A stretch of 61,390 nucleotides of DNA, the filler included, from Platydemus manokwari (lineage: Eukaryota), in assembly GCA_037951405.1 (NCBI GenBank). It is 6 parts of 6 records of this genome, joined end to end, with 100 filler letters (N's around TTAATTAATTAA, not from the genome) between each part and the next. Parts side by side here need not be neighbours in the genome. Positions count along the whole stretch, not along the records: positions 1 to 9,472 come from JBBMOY011244096.1; positions 9,573 to 20,343 come from JBBMOY011106664.1; 4 more parts are not named here. One strand, 5' to 3'. Position 1 is the first letter of the stretch. Every line of letters begins with the position of its first letter. Made by a program: the position numbers and the translations under genes. Under the pieces are notes generated by a model. It was not told the origin of the DNA. It did not search any database and worked only from the letters and a program-made list of their open reading frames with translations. Shown here in pieces: positions 1 through 13,731 of this stretch.

Positions 1-1096
1 AGTGCACAGAAAATTCATCGAGTTCTGCTAGTTGAATTATCTCTTAGAATCACTCACCAGATACTACTTAGCACAGGGTAGTAGGATTCCGTCACAGCAC
101 TCAGAATCGTCAATTAAGCCAACTATGAAGAGCTCATCTATAATTCGTCAAACCGTCACATACAACATAAACAGATATTTCTACGATGAGTATGGCTATC
201 TCCCACAAATTCTATCGACAGCATTAATACGAAATCCACAAGACCAGTCTCCAAAATATTTTAATCTTCAGTTAGTGACTCTCCAAAGAATCACTAAGTG
301 ATCATAGGCTTCAAATGTAACAGAATTGGGAAATTTTCCAACCAGTGCAAATTCGCATTTGCCACGGAGAATCCTTTGAAATCTCTAAGTAGCTCAACTT
401 CTACAATTCTCAATCAAAAAGATTCACCAGTTCGAGACAACAGATCTTGCTTCACATACTTACATTGATAATAGAGAAGCAATAATAAACAAACAATCAT
501 TACTCAGACGACACATATCCGAAGAAGAGGTCAAATATTCGCCTTGTAGAAACTATAAAAGTAATGGGGAGCAAAAACAAAATTAAACTGGTATATAAAG
601 CATCAAAATTAGAACATGCGGGTAAAATAACAACTAATACCATTGACATTGCGTCAAACATTGGAGAAATCAGGGGGCTGATTATATCATCGAAGATTCT
701 TAATGCTTTGGATGAACAGACATTCAAGGGATGTCATATCCCTCCGTGACCGAAGATACTAAAAATATTTACAAGATAAATTAATAGGATAAAAATGGTA
801 ATAATAAAATTCCAAAGTAATGTTAGGTTAACCATTAATCATAATATCAACCATAACCTTGAAGAAGAAGAAGAATAGAATAAAGGAACAAATTTTTCAT
901 GAGAACGATTAATAAAACTAAAAATAAAACAATAAACGAAAATAGACTAAAATAAATACCAAAATAGAAATAAATTAATAAAAATAATCACTAAATAATA
1001 ATAAAAGATTAAAATAATAATAATTATTATTATTATTATTATACCTTAAAATAATGTAAAAATAAACAAAAAAATAGAAAATAAGCGTTGAGAGTG

Positions 1097-1260
1097 CACC
1101 CCTACAAAAACCTCAAATCACCCATAGATCCTACAATGTAAACACCCCTACAAAACCCCCAAATCACCTATAGATCTTACAATATAAACACCCCTACAAA
1201 TCATATAATATAATTCCATTATACAGTCTTACAAATCATATAACAATAATCCCATCGTAC
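1097..1260. repeat. 46-bp tandem repeat (x2.3) grading into a ~35-bp tandem repeat (x2)
   Basis: CACCCCTACAAAA-CC-CAAATCACC-ATAGATC-TACAAT-TAAA starts at 1097 and 1143, with a partial third copy at 1189. TACAAATCATATAA starts at 1195 and 1230. Confidence 0.9.
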
Positions 1261-1456
1261 ATATAGTAATATAACATAATTGAGCACCTTAACCATGATT
1301 ATAGACTGCGTAGATATTCAAATTCAAGGATGCCCAGATGTTCAAATTCATGCTTGTACATATAGTAATATAACATACAATTGAGCGCCTTAACCATGAT
1401 TATAGACTGCGTAGATGTTCAAATTCAAGGATGCCCAGATGTTCAAATTCAAGCTT
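1257..1456. repeat. ~100-bp tandem duplication (x2) with a nested ~22-bp sub-repeat
   Basis: GTACATATAGTAATATAACATA...CCTTAACCATGATTATAGACTGCGTAGAT...TTCAAATTCAAGGATGCCCAGATGTTCAAATTCA-GCTT occurs at 1257 and 1356, nearly identical. Confidence 0.92.
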
Positions 1457-1657
1457 ACCTCCAAATGACAATAACTGACAATGAACAATATTAGTGTCTG
1501 ATTCTATTTGGTTTTTAATATTGATTAACAATAAACAATATTGGTGTTCGTTTTAGCAAAATTTTCCTATGGTATTGAATTGTTCTCTTATTATTGAGTG
1601 TTTTATTTATTGTTTTATGTATTATGTCAAAAATCTAACAACGAAGGAGATGAACTA

Positions 1658-2479
1658 TGCGTAGAGGTTAAATAAATAAATTAATAATAAACAAAATAAT
1701 AAATAATAAAATTGATAATAACTAATAAAGGTAAATAATAACATTAATAATAAATACCAAAGTTAAAAGAAGAAAAGTTAATATAAGAAAAATTAATTAA
1801 AATAGATAAAAAGGTTAAATTAGGTAAAGCCGGTAAATTATCTAGTTGGAATATGAAAGAAAGTTGATGAGAAAAATTAACCAAAATAAAATTTAACATT
1901 AACCGTAAGTGAAAAATTGATGAGAAAAATCAAACAAAGTAAAATTAAACAGGAAGCTAAGTGAGAAAAATCGGCACGAAAATCCGTGAGAGAAAAATGA
2001 ACATGGCCAGGCGTGTATAAATAGCAGCGCTGGTCATAGAAGAAAACCCACATAACAATTACATTAATTCGAGAGTTCAGTTGTGACAGGATAGAACAAA
2101 GAAGGATTATCTCAACTTATCAAGACAAGCGTTTGGTATTAAACGAAGAAGCATCTTAAACCGAAGAAACTTTTGGCAGGACGAAGAATATTAATTGCGG
2201 GAAATTTAACGACGCTACGTGGATATCTATCAGAATTGGAGTTTTTATTTGGGAGACATTTTATTCAACAGCTAATAGTAAGAGTTATTTACCTTATTGT
2301 TTGGTTTTCATTATTCATTATTGCTCACTTAGAATAATTATTGTGTCTGTTAATAATAGTTTATAAAGTTCATCATCACTAATCTTTTGCTCATTTATAA
2401 TAATACTATAACCATTGATAATTAATTCTAACTTTATAATTGATTTTATTAGAAGTGTTAACAATAATAACTCTCCGCA
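1658..2479 (+). mobile_element. putative LTR (~820 bp) preceded by a purine-rich PPT-like tract
   Basis: Starts TGCGTAGAG and ends CTCTCCGCA (revcomp TGCGGAGAG, 8/9). ACGAAGGAGATGAACTA lies immediately 5'. Internal TATAAATAG at ~2016. No recognisable PBS follows. Confidence 0.5.
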
Positions 2480-2958
2480 TTATTTAATATCTTCGTCCGT
2501 TGCATGAATTACCTGTTAATCGCTGAGGCGAGGTACGGGATATTATTCCAATACCTTTGTGTTCTTTTTCATAATAACTGTTCAATTTAATTTTCTCAAA
2601 TATATATTTTTAAACTCATCATCGTGTTAGGTTTCTATATAATTCATTGAATCTATTGATACAAATAAGAGCTGATCAAGAGAGATTGATAACATCACAT
2701 ATTTAAATAAATCATTTATTATTTTTAGCTGATAATCATTGAGAGGTTTTCTTAACCGCATCTTATTACTTTTCAGGTTCAGAGTGACTCAGTTTCCTAT
2801 GCGCTCAATTCTCAACTTAAACTATTTTCCAACAGCTTGGTCTTCAATACCGGTTGTTAAAGCACCTTCAGGACCAGTAAACTATAAAATCAAGCGCAAT
2901 ACATAATAATAAATAAATAAAAACAAATTTTATTTAATATAAGAATATTATTATATAA

Positions 2959-3770
2959 ATGGCAACTTATTTAATAAGTTCGTCTGTCTAGAAATAAAAT
3001 ATAACGATGTGCATTAACTAAGAAAATAGATCATTATCAACTCTAATTTGAATCAGTTCTATCAATATATATCAAAGTTATCATATTCGATTTCGCGGAA
3101 CAATTAGGATTAACTAATCAAACAGATAATTACAGCTAACAAATATTATTCTCAAAGCTATATAAAGCTCTTTAAGTAATTAATCAAAAACTGACGTAGA
3201 AATAAAAAGAAACGTAAACCGGGAAAACAAAAGGAATTCATCTCTTCGGAATTGTGAAAATACTGTAATCAAATATATTTGATATAATTTGATTCGAGGA
3301 AAATTAGATTCATCTCGAGAACAAGTATATTAGCGTCGATCTTGAACAGTTACTCAGACAATTTAGTAAGTATAAACGTAGAGTAATTTGTAATGGTTCA
3401 TTGCAAATTTATATCAATTAAATCTTTAACGTAATCATTATCTTTAATATTAAATTAATTGTGCATTCACAACTAACCATGGATTGTTCTAATTAGAATT
3501 AGATATTTTATAACCATTTACATACGAATTTCAGATATAATCCAGTTCAACTAGAAATTAAGATAAACTAAAACTCCCAAAACAAATCCAGTATAGTGGT
3601 TACGGTGCCATCAGGCGTAACCACCGACAAAATTACTGAAATTTTTACAGGTAAAGCCATAAGAATCCATATAAAATCTCTACTCTATCAGAGTAGATGC
3701 CAAAAAGAAACAGAAAAAAATCATCTTAGGGCGTCCTCTCTAATCTCTTGCTTATTTGTAAACTAAATGT
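2959..3770 (+). pseudogene. decayed ORF of unknown family, paralog A
   Basis: TATATAAATGGCAACTT start region. Translated block NPVQLEIKIN..KSSIVVTVPSGVTTDKI (~3538-3635) matches paralog B. Multiple stops and frameshifts. Confidence 0.45.
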
Positions 3771-4039
3771 GATTTCAATTATAATTATATTGTATTCAAA
3801 TAAACTGGTTCATTTTAAAACATATGCATCTTTTTGAGTCAGATGTACTATAAATAAATCTAAAGAACATACTTGTGTTGGGTTTAAAATCAAAATAGTA
3901 ATCTAAGGTTGTCAAACTAATTAATAGAATAATCCTAATTCGAAACTCTTTTATTTATAATAATTAAATATCAATAAAACACAAAGCTTCATAACTCCAA
4001 AAATAAGAAATATAATACAAATAAAATAATTAATATAAA

Positions 4040-4820
4040 TAAGGCAACTTAATAACAAAGTTCGCCCGATATATTCACACAAGACTTTGTCAAACTTAAA
4101 TTTGTGAAACTAAATACAAAAGCGAAACGATAAATTCACATCAATTTGAATCTGTGCTTACTGAAATTCAAATCGTCTACTCGAGAGAATTTTATTATAC
4201 CAAAACAGAATATAAATTAAAAGATCAGCGAAACAGAATACCCGAAAACAATATTGATTTTAAATCTATTATTAACACAGTCATATATATATATTCTTAC
4301 TACACTCCTAACAAGCAAATTCATTGAATCCAATAGTGAATTGTATAACATACAATCTCACTGACTTCCCATCATTCTCGGAATGTTATTATTTTTGGAA
4401 ATTTTCTAACGAAAGTCTTGTAATTTTTGAATTATATCATTCTTGGAAATTCTCTAACGCAACCCTTATTATTATTCGAAGTAATTTTTAAAAGCCTTGT
4501 AATCTTATTTAAATTTATATTTGATAAAAATATTCATTTACAAAACGACATTTCTAGACTGAACCCATTTCAACTAGAAATTAAAATCAAAATCTAAAAT
4601 CTTAAAATCAATTATATAAATCAAGTTCAGAGGTTACAGTTACTTTAGTCCTAACCACCACTAAACTTATTTTGAGGGATCCTGCTGGCTATCTATAAGA
4701 AGCCGAATAAACTACTATTCTATCTTGATGGAATTAATCAAGCAACTAGCAAAAATTCCTCTTTACCTAAAAAACCTGATTATTTGCTCTTATTTGCTTG
4801 ATTATTAGATTATTGTACAA
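4040..4820 (+). pseudogene. decayed ORF of unknown family, paralog B
   Basis: AATATAAATAAGGCAACTT start region. Translated block NPFQLEIKIK..KSSSEVTVTLVLTTTKL (~4562-4670). The downstream element C-TTT-GAGTC-..TGTAC-AT is also duplicated (~3830 vs ~4930). Confidence 0.45.
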
Positions 4821-7800
4821 CATTTGTATATACAATTATTATTTTCTTAATTATATTCTATTCAGGCATTTATCATATTGTTATTCTATGGTTCAAACTT
4901 ATATCATTTATAATTTCTATTGACATTCACCTTTTGGAGTCGAGTGTACCATTAAAATATATTCATAATAATAGAACTCAATATCTAAACGAATTTTAAT
5001 ATTTAAATTAAAGATCTTTTTCAGCCACAATCAATTAAACAACCATTAAGAACCCAACAGATCTGACGTCAAATAGGCGATACTCGAGGAAATCCGCATT
5101 TAGAATTAATCCTTATCGATAATTAGCCCCGATTTTCTTTTGAAAATTCATGTATGGACAAGAGAAATTAAAAATAAAACTATAACTGAACCATTTATTG
5201 ACGGAATTTTATGTTGTCGACATTGTGAACCAAACATAATAGTAAATATTAAACTGGAAACTTTCAGTTACACCTAATCAATTAATCTTACGAAATTATT
5301 AATTTACGTTAAAATCGATAATTTAAGGCTATACAAAATAATTTGGATAAGTATAATGAGATAATGTATAATGAGACGAGAGTAGCAGAAGGTGGCAAGT
5401 ATGGAAAGGATCGATTAATAATGACGTTACAAGACAACAAAAAGATTGTAATAAGTAAACCAAACAGCAGAGCATAAATTTCCAAAACGTCATTATCAAT
5501 TTCAATTCAAACCGAAAGCAGTAGTGATGAAAAAATTGTAGTCGCTTAGGGGGCCATAAATATATTCTGCTACATTCAAATCAATCACACGAAAAATTCG
5601 AAAATCTAATTAAAGGAGAGAAATATAAACTGAAAATTGAATACTGGAAACAATCAAAATCGGTATGGGAACTCGACTTAGTGGAATACACAGACATTCA
5701 ATTACAGCCTCAATCAGGATCAAATAGGAAATATTTTTATTTAACTAACCATGGCACTTTAATGATAATTTAGACAGAATTAGTAATCAATCACAGCCCA
5801 GATCTCGATCATAATTCAAGAGATCTCTGAAGCTAAATAAAAGGATATGCAATCAGCCTTTAACCCTTATGTTGGATCCTAACTTCAGTTATTATATTCT
5901 TCGTTTTAGCGATAACTATGCTGGTGATATCAGCTCTAACCGTCAAATTTTCACATGACCAGGCTCGTAGGTTAGTACACCGCGTGAGCGAGAGGTCAAG
6001 AAACTTGGGTATAAGTGAGACACGATTGATAATTCATTGTATATATTACATTTGACATATCAGTGATCATCCATTATACTGTAACAATCGTTAAAGTTAT
6101 TTTATTTTAAATGATAATAATGATTATTTTGTAGCAGTCATTGATCATTGACCTTATACTAAGATATGTAATTTTATGATATCTTATTTATTGGTTGAAA
6201 TTGTTAAGTGAAGACTGGCAGTTGATTAATGATTACACACGCACTTGATATAAAATTGCACATACACATATTCCAGACACAAAAGCATCAACTATAAAAG
6301 ACTTCAAAAAATTAACAAATTCACAACTACCAATAATTTTGAAGCAAATCATTCAACAATATACACAAACGCGCCCTACGATCAATAAAATCTTACGGAG
6401 CCCCTGCACAGATGACCACACGAACGGAGTCGTTGCCGGTGGTTAGGCATCACAAAAAATGAAGAATTCCAAACTACACAATAATCCATATATTATAGAT
6501 AACCAGAAGAAATCCAATCAAGCTAGCAGAAATTCATAAGTATTTCAAACAAAGAAAACGGAATATCCACATACTCTCGAAAAATGCAGAATTCATCAGC
6601 CATGACGGAAGAGTATTCGAAGTAAAGCGAGGAACCTCGTTGAAAATACAAGAAGAATATAGGAATACCCGAATCAAAGCATTGAACTTACCAGAAACTT
6701 TTTTTGTTTAAACCTAAACAAGAAAATTACCTTAAGTGGATTCTTCAAATTCAGCGGCTTCCCTGTTTATTGTGACTCCAATCATTGAATTGAGATCTCA
6801 ATTACGGAGTCTGGAAGCCGCGAATCTACTCTAGATAATGAAAACACATGATTATATGATAATAATTGATTGAAGCAAGCGCACTAGCCTACCTAATCAA
6901 AAGAAAAAATAATAAGTTGAAATTAATAATAATTGTAATAATATTAATCAAAAACAATATATATGTACTTATAATCCAAGGAAAATGTTTCTAAAAAATA
7001 AATATTTAGTGTGTTGATTCAAGAATATAAAGCGGCGAAATTTTTTTAAAAGCAGTCAGACGACAGTAAAGTAATACATTAGTATCGATCTACGAAGTAT
7101 ATTGAATAATCGAAAATTTAGGCAACTATCCTAAAATAATAAGTTCTCAATTTAATTTTGGTCTACATTTCTGTTTAAATGAATCTGATAATAATCCATA
7201 TTCATAACTAAATTTTAATAATCGATTAATTATTCGTCTTGAAACCCATTTAAACGACTCGTAATTAATTTTTAAAATCAAACTTAAAATTTTTTTTAAA
7301 GAACGGCACTTAATGGAAACAGATTCAAATAATAATTATTAATAATAAATTTATACAGTAAATTATTTAAAAAATTTAAATCATAACAATTCATTAATTT
7401 CTACATAATTTTTGAGCTGCTTTAGATACCTTATCTAAAGTAATATTATATAACCCAGCAAGACATAACAATATGGCTATAATAGATTAATGAAATAAAT
7501 AAAACAAAAATAATGACTGACAATAAATAATTAATGTTGCGCATTGGTGAAACATAATTATTATATTATTATTGTGATGAAAATAATTGGAAAATTCTCA
7601 ATATCAAATTCGCGGATTTATCGATTCGTACAAATAATTTGTTTTAAGTTAGTAGTACTGTCTAGGACATCGGTGTCAAATTTCATGTCAACATCTTCAT
7701 TAATTAAAAAGTTACACTTTCATTATCACAATTATTAGTCAATAGAACACAGTTGAATACAAAGTTTAAAATATAGAACTTGCAAAAGTTATTTAAATGA

Positions 7801-9472
7801 ATCATTTTATAATAAAATGCACATCAAATACAATAGTCTATATAAATCTACAATCTACAATCAATTTTATATTATTTATCTCTCGATGGAGAGGTCTAGC
7901 AAGAACCATGAACGCCTCATCACCCAGTCATATCATTGGCCTACATTAACACTTATGAAGCGCCGTCTCTTCCAAGACTTTGAGGAACTGGCGAAAATGC
8001 GAAGATTAAAGGGAAAATGAGGAATGGAATGAAATAATGACAGTATACATATATAATCTGAGAATCTTTAAATAATCACTGATGATATTGGTGTTATTAT
8101 TACATTATTTTCGTATATAAGGATGAATCTATATAATTTATTAAAAAATGGATCAAATTATCGTTACTATAAATCCAGTAGATCGTTTATCATTAATAAT
8201 GGTGATTTCAATGCAAAATAAACAATTAACAAAATAACAATTTGATCACGTTATAAATGCAGATGTTAGACACAATTAAAAGTGTGTTGTGCAAGTAAAT
8301 TAATAAATAAAGAGTGGAGTTATTTCTTTTTACTGATATTAAATTTAAGAATTATATCAATATAAAATTGAGTCGACGAAATTTGAATAACGTTACAGTT
8401 AGTGCAGCTGTAATTACTCGATAAAAGTATAATAAATCATAAGTATTTGTATTGAATAATAAATCTATATAAAACAAGCTTTTATTTTCCATTTCACGGT
8501 CTCACTGCCAACCGAGAATGAAAGGAAATCAATTTAGGATAAGAGCCCGTTGTGTTTGTGAGTAATCAAGTTCAATACTGTAATCAAATGATTTCGTTAT
8601 TTCGATTATTTATTTTGATTTTAAAGATTGTAACTAATAGTATCATATAGAATATTATATAAAAAATTAAAATCCGTAATTCTTGTGATTCTCGCTTCTC
8701 GTGATTTAAAAATAAAACAGACATCAAACAGTCAGCGAGCTAGATATATAAGCAGAGCTACCAGTCATTAAAACACAATATCAAACTACATTTTACTATT
8801 CAACGAAGAAGTCTATTGGACAGTATTCACAACTACAGAAAGAGTAATTTTGGGTTTTGTAAACTCAAGTTATTTTATGGTAACCACAAGAGTCACATAG
8901 AAACAATGTTGTATTTTGTTATATTCATTTTAGTTATGAAATATAATTAAACGTATTAGATTGAAACATTATTATTGACAATAGAAACACTGAAAATAAA
9001 ACCCATAACAATCTTGAATTAATTAATTGATTGAGTTTTATTATTGTTAATAGTTATTACACTAATATTTGACGAGTACCATAATCATGAACATAGAACT
9101 AAAGTGATCAATTTAAAGTTCCAAATATTAGCGTAAAAATAATATTAATTGTTTAAATTAAAATAAGCTACTGGAATCGCCAACACAGAAACAATGTTAA
9201 CAGGCAGTAACTACGGTAACGCTATACATTACATTATTTTTATTTAATAGTCAGATAGTTAAAAATTAAAAACTAAAAAGTTAAAAACTAAAGGATTGAG
9301 AAATAAGCAATTAAAATTGTTAACAATTATTTAATCTTTAACTGTGAATGAATTTTTTACTCTTACATATAAATTTGTTAGCCTTTATAATGTATCGATT
9401 TTGTACAGAAATCAATCTTTTATTTGATCTTTACCTTAATATTACCGTTTTAAAATTGATGTTAATGATTAG

Positions 9473-9572
9473 NNNNNNNNNNNNNNNNNNNNNNNNNNNN
9501 NNNNNNNNNNNNNNNNTTAATTAATTAANNNNNNNNNNNNNNNNNNNNNNNNNNNNNNNNNNNNNNNNNNNN
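9473..9572. other. artificial contig linker/gap
   Basis: 44 N + TTAATTAATTAA (stops in all six frames) + 44 N = 100 nt, identical at five places in the window. Confidence 0.97.
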
Positions 9573-10014
9573 TTTGAAATATTTAATGAAACCCGCAAAC
9601 CATTTCACAGAATATTCATATATTTCTTGTGATTTAATTTTAATATCAATTCCTTACAATTAGCTCTAAAATACATAGCAATTAGTGAAAAACAAAAAAC
9701 TGCCATCAATTAACCTCGGGATCTAAAATTTTTGTAATCAGTTTGGTTTCAGAATCCTTATTTCCCGACACATCGAAACAATGTTTAACCTCAATTTATA
9801 GTTTCTTCTGGCTATATGAAATTATAACTATGTCGATTATTAATTGCGAGTATTTATATTCTTCTTTTCATTTCAATGGTCTAATTTTTCTAATAAATAA
9901 AGTGATCACGTCATAACATTTGTAATCGAAATATTGAGTATGAGTATTAAACATGTTTGATAGTAATATTTAATACGCAAATGTATGTCTTCATTAAAGA
10001 ATTTGTAAAATTAC

Positions 10015-10104
10015 AATAATAATAATAATGATAATATTAATAATGATAATAATAATAATAATAAAATGGTGGTAATAATAATGACAATAATAATAATAAT
10101 AATA
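10015..10104. repeat. imperfect (AAT)n microsatellite
   Basis: Runs of AATAATAAT/AATGAT are directly visible. Confidence 0.9.
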
Positions 10105-13100
10105 AAGTCGATCATTCAAGTTCATAATTTTTCAAGCAAATTCAATATAGTGTTAAAAGTAGCAATATGTTATGTTTTCATTCCACTTTATCTCAGGATC
10201 ACAGAGCCCTAAGATCTAGTTTATGCTGTCAATTTTGAAAGTGACTGTCTCATTTTGAATTTCTGTATTTATATTGTAATAAAACTAAAATATAAATTTA
10301 TAAAGAAGCATTTATAATCATTCGAATCGATGTAAATTTTAACTTTTGATATTCTCATTAAAAATATCTTTAATTGATTTGCCAATTGATGTTTAATAAA
10401 TTTATAAATAATTTTAGCTTTATTGTTGATTTATAAAATAACTATAAACAAATTTGCTTAATAAATTTGTTAAAATTTTAAAAAGTTAGAAATCAATGGA
10501 AAAACAACTGACCCCGAAATATCTAGTCCAGAAAATAGAAATGAATAAATGAGATGTCGACTATATAAACTAAATGTTCAATTAATTAATAAACTAAAAT
10601 GGTTTAAATTGTAAGTTCATCAATCCAATTATTTACCAATTTGAGATTTATGAAATACATAACCACAAACACAGGAACTGACCAACTTCAATCATGATAA
10701 ATCAAAAAATTCAATTAGAATCATGAAAAACAGATCATTAAACAAAGGTATAGCACACGAAACACATGCAAACTTCTGATTATGCATTACGGCAAAAATA
10801 TTGAGTTTTGTGGGAATTTTAGTTCTGAGAAGCACTAGGGAGTCCAAATAAGTACCATATACAACTCTCATCGAGAGAATAAACAAAATAATAAATACAT
10901 GAACACATAACAATGATTTACATTTTTGAATAAAAAAATAAAATTTAGTTAATATGAATTTTCTTGAAGCAAATATACATGGTGCACAGTACGCCGAAAG
11001 GTAACATAAATACTTATGCAGACCAGTTTTTTACCATTTTAAAAACGATAAACAAGAATATACATTGGAGGCATATTTAAGTTAACTATTTGGTTTTAAA
11101 GATCGTCAGAAACAGATCAAAAATCTCGATCTAAAACCCTATAATGAAATGTACATGGATATAGATACCGCCAGATAATTTAACACTAGTCCAATAACCA
11201 ATCAGACTTTCAAATCAATACTCCGTGATTGGATTTCGATTTTACTTTGGTGCACATCTACAGAAAGTCACTATCACGGAAATGCAACTATAATAAGAGA
11301 TAAAAGAAAACCTACCAACTTAATCTATTAGTTGGTTTTGAGAAACACAGCATATAAAAGATTCAACTATCGATTTAGATTCAAACTTACACTGTCGGTA
11401 CCTCTTGGGGTGACTATTTTCATTCGCTTACCTTTATCTCTTGAATTGATTATCTTTTAATTCTACAAAATATCTTCGTCTCATGAACGCGTATTTTTGA
11501 TGATTTGATCAATTATATTTTATTAAATTATCTTTACTTAATACAATAATCAATAGTTTTGGTTTTGTATTAAAGTTCATTGAGTATGATCACCGCTGAC
11601 ATGATAATAAAGTTAAGATATAAGATAAAATTCATAGTTTGGTAAGATGTATCTTAGTGTACTAACTTTATATAAAAGATATTTCAATTGTGGAGACTCT
11701 AGTAAGTGGAATAAAACTCGTAAATGTAACCTATCCTCATTTGATTAATTAATTGTTTGAGTCTGTCACTGTATTTCTTTGACAATAGACATAGATTACT
11801 AATGTAAAATTTTAACTCTTAAAAAGAACCGACTTATCAGGGTGAATATTATTGAGAAAAGGGCCAAATTTAAGGACCAATCTATTCCGCTGTTATTGCA
11901 AATTTAAAAATATATAAAGCTTAATGCCCCTGTGTCGCTTAAGTCAATCCAAGTCATATCAAAAAGATTTCATAAATGTAAACTATGATGTACTTGATTC
12001 CCTGTATATAAATTGGTATATAAATTATATATATATATATATATATATCTTGTTTGTGTTTACGATTTGATTATTATAGGAAAATGTGTGACAGATTATG
12101 TGCTAGTCAGAAATAAGAAAAAATTCAAATACATTTATTTCGCTTGGAATTAATGATCAAATCGTTTTATGATTCGGAACATTGTGATTAATCAGATAAT
12201 GCTTTAAATTATTAGAATTTCTCCTGCATGTCATGGGAAATGATCAAGTTTAACATGCCTATTTGTAAAATTATATATTCTTGTTTAGAGACATTTTCTT
12301 TGTTGAATGATTATGGTTAATGGATATTTTATATGAAACTCAAAGGAATTGTTAAATTTGGAATGTAAAGGACATTATAAAATAATAGTTTATCACAAAT
12401 TCCGACCGAAATTTTAAGTTATCAGTACATGATAAATCACTTTTTAAACAATGTTTTGTCAATGAATCTGAGCCTCATTATTATTTTTTAATTTTAAGCA
12501 ATATGTCATGATTTTCTGGCAAAATTTCCGTATTTTTCGGATAAAAATTTATCTAAAACTCCAAGTTTACAATTTCGGAAAATCATAAATCTTATGTCTG
12601 AAATAATTCATTCGTGTGTTATAATAACTGCTAAAGCCTGGAAATATATTCGAAAGATTTTCAAGAATAAGTATTTATCATAAATTTCGTCAAAACAAAA
12701 TTTTATTTTAATTTTTTTAATTTATTTTATAAATTTTTTGAATACAAGACATTCGAATCTTTCTATGACACACAATATTACATACACCCATTATTTCTAT
12801 AACAAATTACACACCTGTTATACAAATTTAAGGATAAAATTTTGATGAGTTTTTTCTATGCTAGATTAACAAATTAAAGAAATAAATAGTCACTTGGGGC
12901 TTACACACTCAGGTAGATCTAATTTACATATGTATGTCCAGACTAGAGAACTCAACCTGGTGTATCAATTGGATTCGTGGTTTCATTTGCCTCAGATAAT
13001 TTTTGCAATACAATTTTTTAAATATCCTAATCTGCTTAATTAAATTTATGCAATGCAATGAATCCCCTAATATTTTTTTCTGTTTGCATCAGATTACTAC

Positions 13101-13689
13101 GTACCTGTAGAAGATAACCTCTCGGTCTACTATATCAATTTCTATATTGACACAGAAAATTATATTTTATTGTAGCTCTAATTGATAACCACGTCTAAAA
13201 TTGAAATGAATGTATCATTAATTTCTGAAAATATAGAATTGTAATAATGATTTTAAATTGCGGAATTATTTTTTATATGTAAGAAATTATAAGAATATAA
13301 TTGAGCACATAAGATATAAATTATTATTTGCATTCAATTTAAAAAATGACAATTCTTTTAAAGCTTTAGGACATTCTTGAATTGTATAGTAAAAATTGAC
13401 TCAAGGCTTAATATTATAAAAACAATGATTTAATATAAATTAATTCATGAAAAAGCTTTAAAAATGCAATCATAACATAATTAAAACAGGAAAAATTATA
13501 AAGCGGAAACTCATTTAAAATATTAAATCCGGAAGCACTCAAAAGTTTACTTAGCATTCATCAAACTTAATATAACTAAATTAAACTATATGCTCGCCTA
13601 ACATGTCCTTTCCATGGAACTTCTTTTTCAAGAATATTTTATTATTTATAATTATATTCATTAAATTTTACATTCATTAAAAATTTTCC

Positions 13690-13720
13690 ATTCATTTGTT
13701 TTAATTTAAAATTTTTTTAG
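13690..13720 (+). promoter_or_regulatory. splice (or trans-splice) acceptor in the 5' leader of the RING gene
   Basis: T-rich tract ending TTTTTTTAG 11 nt before the ATG. An in-frame TAA at 13726-13728 shows that the ATG at 13732 starts the CDS. Confidence 0.5.
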
Positions 13721-13731
13721 CCAATTAAACG

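Larger units (their letters stand above)
821..1640. mobile_element. LTR-like unit (~820 bp) carrying internal tandem repeats
   Basis: Begins TGTTAGGTT and ends AATCTAACA (TG...CA, inverted 8/9 match). No clean target-site duplication is visible. Confidence 0.35.

Noticed and set aside
1097-1456. CRISPR-like array (also considered for 40944-41040)
   Set aside because: These are head-to-tail tandem units with no unique spacers, no cas genes, and a eukaryotic context.
2952-2961. TAAATG poxvirus-like late promoter at paralog A
   Set aside because: The hexamer is expected by chance in such AT-rich DNA, and no NCLDV core genes are seen.
7544-8020. Short ORF-track calls of 60-100 aa here and elsewhere (e.g. 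21052, 22759, 23170, 29325, 30147, 34664, 42790, 45011, 49335, 57234, 59376)
   Set aside because: Low-complexity I/F/L/K/N composition, often non-ATG starts, and no motifs; consistent with chance ORFs in AT-rich DNA.
9517-9528. TTAATTAATTAA palindrome recurring five times as a biological repeat
   Set aside because: It is always centred in exactly 88 N, so it is an assembly linker with six-frame stops.
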